Position numbers and translations under genes: made by a program. The notes below the pieces were generated by a model that saw only the letters and a program-made list of their open reading frames with translations, made no database searches and had not been told where the DNA came from. From a bacterium (lineage in GTDB: Bacteria; UBP6; UBA1177), in contig JAKLDO010000004.1 in assembly GCA_022703485.1 (NCBI GenBank), positions 1,636 to 65,635 on the forward strand: a stretch of 64,000 nucleotides of DNA, in the 5' to 3' direction. Shown here piece by piece: positions 19,674 through 29,666 of this stretch (its first letter is position 1; each line of letters opens with the position of its first letter).

Positions 19674-19777
19674 ACAGAAAATACTCCAAAGATCATTGTT
19701 CTAAATTAAAGCGCCCTATTTTTTACCTGTGTATGGGAAAAAGTAAAGTTTTTGAGAGTTTCCGGCAGTCCGGAAAT

Positions 19778-20020
19778 TCAGTTGAGCCTTTTCTGGATAT
19801 AGTCGGAAGCATCTCCGACCGTTCTTATCTTTTCAAGGTCCTCGTCAGGGATCTCAACATCGAACTCGCTCTCAAGTTCCATGATGAAATCGGTTATGTC
19901 TATCGAATCGGCATTGAGGTCCTCCTGAAAAGAGGTCTTCTCCGAAATCACCTTTGCATCTGCAGAAAGTTTTTCACCAGCCAGTTTAATAACTTTTTGA
20001 ACGATCTCCTCTCTCTTCAC
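19778..20020 (-). CDS. acyl carrier protein (stand-alone)
   Basis: 80 aa. The phosphopantetheine site is LNADSIDITDF. The start is GTG 20020, preceded by GGAGGGGG. The ORF-track start at 20044 lies inside or upstream of the RBS. Confidence 0.85.
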   Translation of the reverse strand: MKREEIVQKVIKLAGEKLSADAKVISEKTSFQEDLNADSIDITDFIMELESEFDVEIPDEDLEKIRTVGDASDYIQKRLN

Positions 20021-20199
20021 TTTCCCCCTCCGGTAAAAACACAACGATCAGTATTTATAGACAACAAGTCTCAAAGTACGGATGTATTTATTAACCCTGT
20101 CGTGATTTTTGTCAATATTATTCGGTTGTTTGAAATTTGACTTCCTGAGAGTAGCTGTTAGGATTTGATGCCGTTGCGGACATTTTAAAGAGGTTTTGC

Positions 20200-20907
20200 T
20201 TGAAAATATCCCTTCTTGGAAAAGGCAGGGTCGGGACAGCACTTTCAAAACATTTTAAGAAGATGGACATTCCTTTTACACATTGCAGAAATGCAGAATT
20301 AGGAAAAAAAAGTGGGGTTGTGTTCATAGCTGTGAGCGATGATGCCGTATGTGACCTGATGTACCGCATAAGAAAAAGCAATCCCGGGATCTATATGGTC
20401 CATTTTTCAGCTTCTGCGAAATTTGATGATGAACGGACATTCCTTTTTCATCCCTACTCATCAATATCTGAAGACACCGACATTTCAAAGATCATTTTCA
20501 CTTTTTGGGGAAAAGAGAACAAAGAGATCGTGTCGCTGCTTGAAAAGTCCGGATTCCATTTTGTGAAAACCGGGACATCTCCTTCAATTTTTTATCATAT
20601 TTCAGCCGTCATATCAGGGAATTTCACTCAATATCTCCTGCTTGCGGCCCGCGAACTTCTTCAAAAAGAGGGATTCTCCAGAATAGATTCGGAAAAACTT
20701 CTGAAACAGCTGGTGACATCCTCCATTAACAATATTTCGAAATACGGATTGCAAGGGATAACAGGACCAGCAGCCAGAGGAGATCTCTCAGTAATAGAAA
20801 AAGAGACCGCGGCTCTTATGACCGTTGACAGGGAACTTGCAGAAATTTTCAGCAACATAAACAGATCGATCCGGAAGGCAGTGCAAAATGACCATCTATT
20901 CAAGTGA
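20200..20907 (+). CDS. Rossmann-fold protein with DUF2520-like C-terminus
   Basis: N-terminus MKISLLGKGRVG (dinucleotide-binding) and C-terminal ITGPAARGD motif. TTG start. Confidence 0.65.
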   Translation: MKISLLGKGRVGTALSKHFKKMDIPFTHCRNAELGKKSGVVFIAVSDDAVCDLMYRIRKSNPGIYMVHFSASAKFDDERTFLFHPYSSISEDTDISKIIFTFWGKENKEIVSLLEKSGFHFVKTGTSPSIFYHISAVISGNFTQYLLLAARELLQKEGFSRIDSEKLLKQLVTSSINNISKYGLQGITGPAARGDLSVIEKETAALMTVDRELAEIFSNINRSIRKAVQNDHLFK

Positions 20908-21805
20908 TACGGAACTTTCATCTTTCATCGAAAAAGCATACGGTTCGATACTGAAGCACGGTTTCATCGTCATACCCGAAAGTTTCAGAGAAATAGCTTA
21001 CGGAGTCTCTTTCAAAGTTGAATCCGCTCCCGGAAAAACATCAGCTGTCTCAGTATATCACACTGAAAAAAAAGGTTTTTCATTTGTCACGAAAGATGCG
21101 AAAATAAGATACCTTCTGAACATGCTTCTAACCGCTGAAGGCACGGCCGGAAGCGACGAGGCCGGCAAAGGTGATTTTTTCGGACCGCTCGTGGCATGCT
21201 GTTTCATTCTCGGGAAAAAGGAACTGCCGCTTCTGGAACTGGATATCAAAGACAGCAAGAAGATCGATACCGCCGGCATTTTCTCCTTGTATTCGGCGAT
21301 ATGTGAAAAATTCCGCGATTCCTTTGTGACAGTCAAGATAATGCCTGAAAGATACAATTCTTTCTACGAGGACCTTTCAAAGAACGGAAAGAATCTCAAT
21401 TACATGCTTGCCTGGGCTCATTCCAAAGCGGTCACACAGCTTTTTGAGAAAAGACCGGACGCTAAAAAGCTCATAGTCGACAGATTCAGCGAGAACAGCG
21501 TTATCAACGGAACGATCTCTTCTGCCGCAGGAAGCGTTCCAGTCGAATTCACCGTGAGAGCTGAACAGAACCCTGCCGTGGCGATCGCTTCTATAATAGC
21601 AAGAGCGGAATATCTGAACTCCCTGAAATATCTGACATCCACCGTACTTCAGAACAGATTCGAACTTATATCCGGAAGCGGAGAAAATTCCGACACACTT
21701 CTTGAAAACATCCGGAACGAAATGGGCGGAGACATCCTCAAAAAGGTGTGCAAGGTCCATTTTGCGAACTATCACCGGCACGACCAAATAATTGTTGACT
21801 TATGA
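20888..21805 (+). CDS. rnhC: ribonuclease HIII
   Basis: ~305 aa. An N-terminal extra domain is followed by an RNase HII/HIII core with GSDEAGKGDFFGPLV. Confidence 0.82.
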   Translation: MTIYSSDTELSSFIEKAYGSILKHGFIVIPESFREIAYGVSFKVESAPGKTSAVSVYHTEKKGFSFVTKDAKIRYLLNMLLTAEGTAGSDEAGKGDFFGPLVACCFILGKKELPLLELDIKDSKKIDTAGIFSLYSAICEKFRDSFVTVKIMPERYNSFYEDLSKNGKNLNYMLAWAHSKAVTQLFEKRPDAKKLIVDRFSENSVINGTISSAAGSVPVEFTVRAEQNPAVAIASIIARAEYLNSLKYLTSTVLQNRFELISGSGENSDTLLENIRNEMGGDILKKVCKVHFANYHRHDQIIVDL

Positions 21806-21866
21806 ATTTTTAATAAATAATATACTCCGACATTTGACTTAAGCTATTGTGTGCGGTATAACTGTT

Positions 21867-23807
21867 ATGGAAGCCAGCAAACCTGAATTCAAGCTCCCGA
21901 GATCATTCGGGAAATATTATCTCCTTGAACTTATCAATGTCGGCGGTATGGCCGAAGTCTTCAAAGCAAAGATGTTCGGTGTCGAAGGTTTTGAAAAGAT
22001 CGTCGCCATCAAAAAGATCCTTCCGGAAGTCGCCGAGGATGCGGAATTCATCCGCATGTTCATAGATGAAGCCAAGATCGCGGTAAGACTCCAGCATCCT
22101 AACATCGTCCAGATCCTTGAGCTTGGAAAGATCGAGGATTCATACTTCATTGCAATGGAGCTTGTCAACGGTAAAGACCTGAAAACGATCAGAAAAAGAC
22201 TGAAAAGGGTCGAACTTCTTATGCCGGTAGAACAGAGTGCATACATCATTTCACAGGTTTGCGACGGACTTGATTATGCACACAGGAAGACCGACGACAA
22301 AATGAATTCGCTTAATATAGTGCATCGTGACATCTCTCCGCAGAATATGATCGTTTCCTATGAAGGGACCGTTAAGCTGATAGATTTCGGTATAGCCAAG
22401 GCAAAAAGCAAATCGACAAAGACACAGGCCGGAATGCTGAAAGGAAAATTCAGCTATATGTCACCGGAACAGGTGAGCGGACAGCCTATCGACAGAAGAA
22501 GTGACATATTCTCTCTCGGTGTGGTTTTCTTCGAAATGCTCACAGGCAAAAGGCTGTTCCTGGGAAAGAACGATGTGGAGACCCTCGAAAAAATAAGAAA
22601 AGCCGAAGTTCCGCCGCCAAGCGTGTTCAACAGCAGCGTTCCGCCTGAACTGGATAGGATCGTACTTAAAGCCCTTTCCAAGGACAGGGACGAGAGATAT
22701 CAGTGGGCAAGCGAATTTTCCGATGATCTGAAAAAATTCAGTTTCTCTACCAGCAAGAACTTCTCCCGTCAGGACATGATGAACTTCATGAGCGAATTTT
22801 TCGCAGACGAACTTGAAGAAGAGACTGCAAAGCTCGAAGAGTACCAGAAACTCCAGAAACCGGTTGAAACAGCTCCTAAGCCTGTTCAGAACCAGAACTA
22901 CAACTACAGACCTGCAGTTGAACCTGATCCCGGTGATGATATTGAACCCGTAAAGTCCAGTGGCGGAAAAAAGCTGGCGATGTTCATCGCCGTCCTATTT
23001 ATAATATCTGCAATAGGCTATTTCGGATATGTAGTTATGCAGGAAAAGAAAGAGAACTGCTCGCTTCTTATAGATTCGTCCGAGCCCAAGACTATCGTGA
23101 CCCTTAATGAAGGCACGATGTATCAGAAAAGATGCGAGACACCCTGCAAAATAGAAGGCCTTCTTCCGGGAACTCATGAACTCGAGCTGAAGAAACAGGG
23201 ATTCCTTGATGTAAAAGAGACCCTTGTGCTTAAAACAGGCGACATTTATAACAAGAATGTCAAAATGTACAAAGTGGGCGAGCTCAAAACGATGCTCACG
23301 GTCAAATCGGATCCTGACGGTGCAGTGATCTATATAAATGAAGAAAAGACCGGCGCAGTGACACCTGATATCGTGAATGTACCTGTCGGTCTTGAGATAA
23401 AGATCAGAGCGGAAAAGGACGGATATTATCCTGTCGAACAGAACATAGGCAAAGTTGCGGCGAACATCAATAAAGAGATAAGTCTTATCCTTAAACCCAT
23501 GAAGAATGTTCCGCAGCAGACTGAAAAAAGTCCTAAAGCAGGTCAGACGGAGCCTTCAAAGAAAGATACAAAGAAATCAAGCGGGATAGCTAAAGACATA
23601 GAAGCTTTCGTCAGCATCAACAGCAGGCCGTGGGCGAATATCTACATCAACGGAAAACTCATAAAATCCACACCGATAATAAAATTCTCGCTTCCTGCAG
23701 GGACTCACAAAATACAGTTCAAAAACCCGAAATTCAATATCGACAAGACATTCCCCATCGAACTCAAACCTGGCGAACATATCAGGATGATCAAAAACTT
23801 CGATTAA
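21867..23807 (+). CDS. Ser/Thr protein kinase with TM helix and extracytoplasmic PEGA-like repeats
   Basis: Hanks kinase motifs (VAIKK, HRDISPQN, DFGIAK, SPEQ). TM helix LAMFIAVLFIISAIGYFGYVV. Three beta-sandwich PEGA-like repeats (e.g. VKSDPDGAVIYINEEKTG). ATG 21867; a GTG at 21849 is also possible. Confidence 0.9.
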   Translation: MEASKPEFKLPRSFGKYYLLELINVGGMAEVFKAKMFGVEGFEKIVAIKKILPEVAEDAEFIRMFIDEAKIAVRLQHPNIVQILELGKIEDSYFIAMELVNGKDLKTIRKRLKRVELLMPVEQSAYIISQVCDGLDYAHRKTDDKMNSLNIVHRDISPQNMIVSYEGTVKLIDFGIAKAKSKSTKTQAGMLKGKFSYMSPEQVSGQPIDRRSDIFSLGVVFFEMLTGKRLFLGKNDVETLEKIRKAEVPPPSVFNSSVPPELDRIVLKALSKDRDERYQWASEFSDDLKKFSFSTSKNFSRQDMMNFMSEFFADELEEETAKLEEYQKLQKPVETAPKPVQNQNYNYRPAVEPDPGDDIEPVKSSGGKKLAMFIAVLFIISAIGYFGYVVMQEKKENCSLLIDSSEPKTIVTLNEGTMYQKRCETPCKIEGLLPGTHELELKKQGFLDVKETLVLKTGDIYNKNVKMYKVGELKTMLTVKSDPDGAVIYINEEKTGAVTPDIVNVPVGLEIKIRAEKDGYYPVEQNIGKVAANINKEISLILKPMKNVPQQTEKSPKAGQTEPSKKDTKKSSGIAKDIEAFVSINSRPWANIYINGKLIKSTPIIKFSLPAGTHKIQFKNPKFNIDKTFPIELKPGEHIRMIKNFD

Positions 23808-23824
23808 TTCCGTTCCGGTTTTAC

Positions 23825-23853
23825 TTGATTAACATTTTTCTGAAATATATACT
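23825..23853 (+). promoter_or_regulatory. candidate sigma70-type promoter for the aminotransferase gene
   Basis: TTGATT, 17 nt, TATACT, about 60 nt upstream of ATG 23915. Confidence 0.35.
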
Positions 23854-23914
23854 CACTTACAGAAGTGTTTTTTCAAACAATTGAATTTATCAATTTTCTT
23901 TATGTGAGGTTGAA

Positions 23915-25201
23915 ATGGTTACCAAAGGCGCCAAGGAACCGGTCGTGACTAATGAACCGGCTGCTAACAGTCAGATATGCGATGAAAAACAGTCAAGGCT
24001 CAGTACAACGACATCAATTCTTCAGAAATCAGCTACACTTGAGATCGCGGCTAAGGCTAAAAGGATGAATGCTCAGGGAATGAATGTAATTTCTTTTTCA
24101 GCTGGAGAACCCGATTTCGATACTCCTAAAAACATCAAGGAAGCCGCTAAAAAAGCCATAGACATGGGCATGACAAAATATACCGATTCATCAGGTATAT
24201 CAGAACTGAAGATCGCTATCAGACAGAAGTTCATGAGGGAGAACAATCTTCATTTCGATGAGAACAACATTGTCGTCACAAGCGGTGCAAAATACGGTAT
24301 CTGCGCTCTTTTCAATGCCATAATAAGCCCCGGCGATGAGGTCATACTTCCGGCACCGTACTGGGTAAGTTATTCTACACTGATCAAGCTTGCCGGCGGA
24401 AAACCGGTATTCTGCTATCCGAAAGAGGAAGCCCTTTTCAAGCTCACTCTTGAAGATATCAAACCTTTCATAACCAAAAAGACCAAAGCCATTGTTATAA
24501 ATTCACCTAACAATCCGACAGGTGCAGTTTACGGGCTTAAGGACCTGGAAGAGATCGTCAATTACCTCACTGAAAGGAATATCATCGTTGTCAGTGATGA
24601 AATATATGAAAAACTGGTGTACAACAATGTTCAGCACATCTCTTGCGCTTCTGTCGTAAAAGAGAAATACAAAAGAAATGTTGTCGTTATCAACGGTGTT
24701 TCAAAAGCATATTCCATGACTGGCTGGAGAATAGGATATGTTGCAGGACCCAGAGACATAATTGAAAGAATGAAATATTTCCTCGATCACACGACATCCA
24801 ACGCCAACTCGATAGCTATGTATGCCGCAGTTGAAGCTCTTAACGGAAGTCAGAACGATGTCGAAATGATGGCAAAAAGGTTCAACAGAAGAAGACTTTT
24901 CATGTATGACGAGCTCAGCAGGATCCCTGAACTGAAACCGTGCTATCCGGAAGGTGCTTTCTATATATTCTGCAATTTCAAACATTATCTGAACTCTGTT
25001 GTCGGTGATTATAAGATAAACTCATCTGTTGATCTTGCTAATTTCCTTCTGGATGAAGCGCATATCGCCGCAGTTCCGGGTGAAAGCTTCGGACTTCCGG
25101 GATATATCCGTTTCTCCTATGCGACAAGCATGGACAACATCGCCGAAGGTATGGATAGACTTAAAGCGGCATTATCTGATATAGAACACTCAAGAAAATA
25201 G
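23915..25201 (+). CDS. class I pyridoxal-phosphate aminotransferase (aspartate aminotransferase-like)
   Basis: Motifs GEPDF, NSPNNPTGAVY and the PLP-lysine motif SKAYSMTGWRIGY. It has a ~25-aa N-terminal extension relative to typical members. Confidence 0.9.
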   Translation: MVTKGAKEPVVTNEPAANSQICDEKQSRLSTTTSILQKSATLEIAAKAKRMNAQGMNVISFSAGEPDFDTPKNIKEAAKKAIDMGMTKYTDSSGISELKIAIRQKFMRENNLHFDENNIVVTSGAKYGICALFNAIISPGDEVILPAPYWVSYSTLIKLAGGKPVFCYPKEEALFKLTLEDIKPFITKKTKAIVINSPNNPTGAVYGLKDLEEIVNYLTERNIIVVSDEIYEKLVYNNVQHISCASVVKEKYKRNVVVINGVSKAYSMTGWRIGYVAGPRDIIERMKYFLDHTTSNANSIAMYAAVEALNGSQNDVEMMAKRFNRRRLFMYDELSRIPELKPCYPEGAFYIFCNFKHYLNSVVGDYKINSSVDLANFLLDEAHIAAVPGESFGLPGYIRFSYATSMDNIAEGMDRLKAALSDIEHSRK

Positions 25202-25229
25202 ATCTTCTACTTAAATTCAGCAGATAAAA

Positions 25230-25424
25230 CTAGATAGCTTTCTGAATTTTTCCGGAACGGAGGCATCTTGTGCAGACATTTGCTCTCTTTGCCTGACCCG
25301 ATTCAGCTTTTATTTTTATTTTCTGAACATTGGGGTTCTGTATTTTCTGTGTCTTGTTGTTTGCATGGCTTACATTGTGGCCGAACTGCGGTTTTTTTCC
25401 ACATATTTCACATTTGCGTGACAT
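25230..25424 (-). CDS. rpmB: 50S ribosomal protein L28
   Basis: MSRKCEICGKKPQFGHNVSHANNKT. ATG 25424 sits 6 nt after GGAG; the ORF-track start at 25436 is over-extended. Confidence 0.92.
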   Translation of the reverse strand: MSRKCEICGKKPQFGHNVSHANNKTQKIQNPNVQKIKIKAESGQAKRANVCTRCLRSGKIQKAI

Positions 25425-25506
25425 CTGCATCTCCATCTAAATTACAAAAGCAAAAATCAGGAGGATGATACATACTTGTGGCCCAAATGCAAATTTTTAT
25501 CTGAAA

Positions 25507-26463
25507 TTATGCGTCAAAAGAATATTTTATTTCAGGCAACTCATTGATTTTACTATCTTTCCAGAACTCGACAAACTTCATCCGGTCGTCAAGTATCCTT
25601 TCGGCAAGTTTTTCTTTTGACGAGAATTTTATTTCATTTCTTATTTTTTTCAGAAAATAGACAGATATGCTTCTGCCGTACATTTCATCGATCTTCTCAT
25701 CAACGATCCATGTCTCTATCCTTCTTTCGCAGAACTCGGAATCTATTGTCGGGCGGTGACCTATGTTCGCGATAGACCTTTTCTGATGTCCGTCAAAAAC
25801 TGTCTGCGTGAGATATACTCCGTCAGGAGGGACCATTTTATTCGGAACGCTCTGGTTCAATGTAGGAAAGTTAAGCTGGCGGCCGATCTGGTCACCTTTC
25901 ATCACTTCACCTGATATGACATACGGAAAAAGAAGGAAGCTCTGTGATTTTATAAGCTCACCTTCCAGAATGAACTCCCTTATTGCGGTAGAGCTCACCC
26001 TCATGCCGTTTTTTACAAATGGCGGAACTACTGTTATCTTGACCCCTGATGATCTGCCCCACCAGTAAAGAAGATCTGCGCTTCCTGTCTGATTCCTTCC
26101 GAAAAAGAAGTTAAATCCCACAGTTATGGAACCTATGTCCAACGAATTATTGAGAAGATCAAGAAAAGCTATCGGCTCGATCGAATGGAACTGTGCAAAT
26201 GGAAGTTCAAATATAACATCAACACCGAGACGTTCAAGAAATGTATATTTTTCATGTTTAAGCGTCAGTCTTCCGGGAGGAAAATCGGGAAAAAGGAACT
26301 CTCTGGGATGAATGTCAAATGTAAGCACAGCACAAATTCCGCCGTTCTTTCTGCATTCTCTGATTATTTCGCAGTGACCGAGATGCACCCCGTCAAAATT
26401 GCCTATGACAAGCGATATTTTCTCATTTTCGGGAAATGAAGATAGAGAACGGTATATTTTCAT
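25507..26463 (-). CDS. ribF: bifunctional riboflavin kinase / FMN adenylyltransferase
   Basis: GNFDGVHLGH in the nucleotidyltransferase domain, and a C-terminal riboflavin kinase domain (PTLN, GHRPT). Confidence 0.93.
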   Translation of the reverse strand: MKIYRSLSSFPENEKISLVIGNFDGVHLGHCEIIRECRKNGGICAVLTFDIHPREFLFPDFPPGRLTLKHEKYTFLERLGVDVIFELPFAQFHSIEPIAFLDLLNNSLDIGSITVGFNFFFGRNQTGSADLLYWWGRSSGVKITVVPPFVKNGMRVSSTAIREFILEGELIKSQSFLLFPYVISGEVMKGDQIGRQLNFPTLNQSVPNKMVPPDGVYLTQTVFDGHQKRSIANIGHRPTIDSEFCERRIETWIVDEKIDEMYGRSISVYFLKKIRNEIKFSSKEKLAERILDDRMKFVEFWKDSKINELPEIKYSFDA

Positions 26464-26469
26464 CTTATA

Positions 26470-27474
26470 TCAGGCTTTGCCTGCGCTTCCCAGAACATTG
26501 ATATTTTTATGTTTGTATATCTCCTTGAGCGCATCCCTTGCCGGTCCAAGATATTTTCTCGGGTCGAACTCTGAGGGTTTCTCTGCAAAAACCTTTCTGA
26601 TGGCGGCTGTCATTGCAAGTCTTCCGTCGCTGTCGATATTGATCTTGCAGACTGCGCTTGCAGCCGCTCTTCTGAGCTCTTCTTCAGGAATTCCGATCGC
26701 ATCTTTCATTTTTCCGCCGTATGCATTTATGATCTTCACGATATCCTGCGGAACCGATGATGAACCGTGAAGGACTATCGGGAATCCGGGGAGCTTATGC
26801 TCAATTTCTTCAAGTATGTCGAATCTGAGCGGAGGAGGAAGAAGTATTCCTTCTGCATTTCTTGTGCACTGCTCAGGTTTGAACTTATTCGCACCGTGGC
26901 TCGTTCCTATCGATATCGCAAGTGAGTCAACACCTGTCTTGGAAACGAAATCGATCACTTCGCTCGGATGGGTATATGTCGATTTTTCAGCAGATACGGC
27001 GTCTTCAATTCCTGCAAGCACTCCTAGCTCGCCTTCAACTGTGACATAATCCTTTCTCGAATGCGCATATTCAACGACTTTTTTAGTAACTGCGATATTC
27101 TCTTCGTAGGAATGATGAGAACCGTCGATCATCACCGAACTGAAACCGTTATCGATACACTCTTTGCATATCTCGAAATCACCGCCGTGATCAAGGTGGA
27201 GAACTATCGGTATCTCATATCCGAGCTCTTTGGCATATTCAACTGCCCCTTTTGCCATATTGCGCAGAAGTGTCGCATTGGCGTACTCCCTTGCACCTTT
27301 AGAAACCTGAAGTATTACCGGGGATTTTGTTTCGACGCAAGCCATTATTATAGCCTGAAGCTGTTCCATGTTGTTGAAATTATAAGCCGGAATCGCATAA
27401 CCGCCGGCAACAGCTTTTTTGAACATATCGACTGTGTTGACAAGACCGAGCTCCTTGTAACTTACTGCACACAT
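26470..27474 (-). CDS. fba: fructose-bisphosphate aldolase, class II
   Basis: Motifs AIPAYNFNNMEQ, PVILQVS, LHLDHG and GTSHG. ATG 27474 is preceded by GGAGGAAGCT. Confidence 0.93.
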   Translation of the reverse strand: MCAVSYKELGLVNTVDMFKKAVAGGYAIPAYNFNNMEQLQAIIMACVETKSPVILQVSKGAREYANATLLRNMAKGAVEYAKELGYEIPIVLHLDHGGDFEICKECIDNGFSSVMIDGSHHSYEENIAVTKKVVEYAHSRKDYVTVEGELGVLAGIEDAVSAEKSTYTHPSEVIDFVSKTGVDSLAISIGTSHGANKFKPEQCTRNAEGILLPPPLRFDILEEIEHKLPGFPIVLHGSSSVPQDIVKIINAYGGKMKDAIGIPEEELRRAAASAVCKINIDSDGRLAMTAAIRKVFAEKPSEFDPRKYLGPARDALKEIYKHKNINVLGSAGKA

Positions 27475-27557
27475 AGCTTCCTCCGATAAAGTTATAAAGA
27501 TCAATGCAACAGAAGTATAATCTGTGAGATTAAAAATGGAAACTTTTCAGATATCCG

Positions 27558-28433
27558 TTATTTGAATGTCTTTGAAAGCATCTCAGCCGCTTTAAGTTCC
27601 ATCTTTGAAAATGCGAACCACTTTCTGCCAAGATCTTTGAGTGATGCGCCGATATGATAGACTTGTGAATCATCGATTATCATGAACCGGTCGTGGGAAA
27701 GATCAAATTCCTGCATTTCGGCGGGAGGGAACTGTTCGTTGAACTTTTTCATATCGAGTTGAATCTGTTTTGAGACATTTTTCGTAAGTATTTTCAGATA
27801 AACTCCGCTTTTCCGTTTTGCAAAAAGAGTGAGAACCGTGTCATCCACAAAATTATCAATGAGAACAATTGATCTTTCTGCCGACCGGACGAGATCCGAC
27901 ACAAAGTTGTGAGCATCAAATATCTGTCCGTCAAAGAAAATGCCCTGCTTCGGTTGAAGTTGTCTGTTTTCAAGGGCATTAAATAGTTTTTCAAAATTTT
28001 TATCATTTTCAATTTGCTTTATTTCAAGTCGGTCAATCCTCTGAAATGTAAGATCGTTTTTTGCAATAGAATGGCGCATGGCAACAAAAGCTTTCATTAT
28101 TTTTATACTCATTCTTATTGCTACATCACTATTAAGTACTGCGGAGATCATTGCAACGCCCTGTTCTGTAAAAACACATGGAAGATATTGAGAATATTTG
28201 AGATTTTCAAGGTGGTCGCAATTTGCGACCAGTTTATTCTTTTCTTCTTTATTCAATATAAAACAAAATTCTTCAGGAAATCTCAATATGTTTCGCCGCA
28301 CCTGCTCATTCAGTCTTTTTGTCTCAACTCCGAAAAATTTTGCCAGATCTCTATCCAGCATGACCTGCATTCCGCGGATTGTGTAGATTTTACCTTGAAT
28401 ATCATCAAGTTTTGTCAATCTGTTTTCGTCCAT
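27558..28433 (-). CDS. ORF6N/KilA-N-type DNA-binding domain protein with uncharacterised C-terminal domain
   Basis: The N-terminus IYTIRGMQVMLDRDLAKFFGVETKRLNEQVRRNILRFPEEFCF...TEQGVAMISAVLNS is the ORF6N signature. The region is visibly AT-richer than its flanks. Confidence 0.8.
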   Translation of the reverse strand: MDENRLTKLDDIQGKIYTIRGMQVMLDRDLAKFFGVETKRLNEQVRRNILRFPEEFCFILNKEEKNKLVANCDHLENLKYSQYLPCVFTEQGVAMISAVLNSDVAIRMSIKIMKAFVAMRHSIAKNDLTFQRIDRLEIKQIENDKNFEKLFNALENRQLQPKQGIFFDGQIFDAHNFVSDLVRSAERSIVLIDNFVDDTVLTLFAKRKSGVYLKILTKNVSKQIQLDMKKFNEQFPPAEMQEFDLSHDRFMIIDDSQVYHIGASLKDLGRKWFAFSKMELKAAEMLSKTFK

Positions 28434-28463
28434 TTTGCAACCCCGGATTTAAAGCACAGGCTT

Positions 28464-28492
28464 AATATATCAAATTGCAATTAGAATTTCAA
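28464..28492 (-). promoter_or_regulatory. candidate promoter of the ORF6N gene with an embedded palindrome
   Basis: On the minus strand: TTGAAA, 17 nt, TATATT. The perfect palindrome AATTGCAATT (28473-28482) lies in the spacer. Confidence 0.45.
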
Positions 28493-28570
28493 GAAAGCCG
28501 ATGCAAGGCCACTCTGGCTCAAAATCACGAGAAAATGCTGACAACGCAAGAAAAATGACCGGTCTGTTTT

Positions 28571-28598
28571 TTGACCATTTTTCATTTTGCTGTAATAT
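28571..28598 (+). promoter_or_regulatory. candidate sigma70-type promoter for the yjbQ-aro operon
   Basis: TTGACC, 16 nt, TAATAT, about 30 nt upstream of GGAGG and ATG 28631. Confidence 0.4.
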
Positions 28599-28630
28599 CA
28601 AAAATGTATTTAAGAGTTCAGGAGGCGGCG

Positions 28631-29047
28631 ATGAAAAGTCACAGGAAGGAATTATGGTTCCACACTTCGGGCAGAAGGGAATACCTCAACATAACTACCG
28701 ATGTGCAGGATGAGCTTTCCAGAAGCGGAATAAAAGAAGGTCTGTGTCTTGTCAATGCGATGCACATAACCGCTTCGGTTTTCATAAACGATGACGAGTC
28801 CGGGCTTCATCACGATTTTGAAGTGTGGCTTGAAAAGCTCGCTCCGGAAAAACCGCACTCACAGTATAACCACAACGGTTACGAAGATAATGCCGACGCA
28901 CACCTGAAAAGACAGCTGATGGGCCGTGAAGTTGTTGTGGCGGTAACAAATGGATTGCTTGATCTCGGACCGTGGGAGCAGATATTTTACGGCGAATATG
29001 ACGGAATGAGAAAGAAAAGAGTGCTTATAAAAATAATAGGAGAATAA
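28631..29047 (+). CDS. yjbQ: YjbQ/UPF0047 family protein (secondary thiamine-phosphate synthase-like)
   Basis: Family-typical motifs [23 protein letters not shown] and [15 protein letters not shown]. The start is at ATG 28631, after GGAGG. Confidence 0.85.
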   Translation: MKSHRKELWFHTSGRREYLNITTDVQDELSRSGIKEGLCLVNAMHITASVFINDDESGLHHDFEVWLEKLAPEKPHSQYNHNGYEDNADAHLKRQLMGREVVVAVTNGLLDLGPWEQIFYGEYDGMRKKRVLIKIIGE

Positions 29048-29048
29048 A

Positions 29049-29666
29049 TTGAACATCTGTATAAGCATCGGAAACTGTTCGAAAAATGAACTTATTCACA
29101 AGCTGAAAGAAACGGAATTTGCCGAAATAAGGCTCGATCTGCTCGACTGGATAACCCTTACGGACATTAAAGAGATCTTTTCAAATCACAAAAATCTTAT
29201 TGCCACATTCAGACCGGGAAAGGTCAGTGAAAAAGAAAGACTGGGATCTCTTAAAACAGCAGTTGGAGCCGGCGCTGCATTAGTTGATATCGAGACTGAA
29301 AACTCGGCTGAATTCATATCTGAGATCACAAAAACAGCACACCTACACGGCACAAAGATCATAATTTCATATCACAATTATGAAAATACACCGGCACTCA
29401 AACCTCTTCAGAAAATAGTCGTCGACGCACTCGGGAAAGGAGCGGACATAGTAAAAGTCGCATGCAAAGTTAATTCGCAAAGGGATTGTGCAAGACTTCT
29501 CTCACTCCTTGACGGAAAAAGGGTTGTCGTTCCTGCCGGAATGGGAAAAAACGGGCTTGTGACAAGAATTTCTGCACTTTTCCTCGGAGCCCCTTTCACT
29601 TATGCCGGATTTGACCATGATCCTGAGATAATTAAAAAAATAATTTCGGAAATATCCGATGCATAA
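29049..29666 (+). CDS. aroD: 3-dehydroquinate dehydratase, type I (short form)
   Basis: Motifs AEIRLDLL, ISYHNYENTP and VKVACK (catalytic Lys context). TTG start 5 nt after AGGAGA. Confidence 0.78.
   Translation: MNICISIGNCSKNELIHKLKETEFAEIRLDLLDWITLTDIKEIFSNHKNLIATFRPGKVSEKERLGSLKTAVGAGAALVDIETENSAEFISEITKTAHLHGTKIIISYHNYENTPALKPLQKIVVDALGKGADIVKVACKVNSQRDCARLLSLLDGKRVVVPAGMGKNGLVTRISALFLGAPFTYAGFDHDPEIIKKIISEISDA

Noticed and set aside
19759-19776. The hairpin TTTCCGG-cagt-CCGGAAA right after the ACP stop as an intrinsic terminator.
   Set aside because: No U-tract follows on the transcribed (minus) strand and the stem is only 7 bp. I did not call it as a feature.
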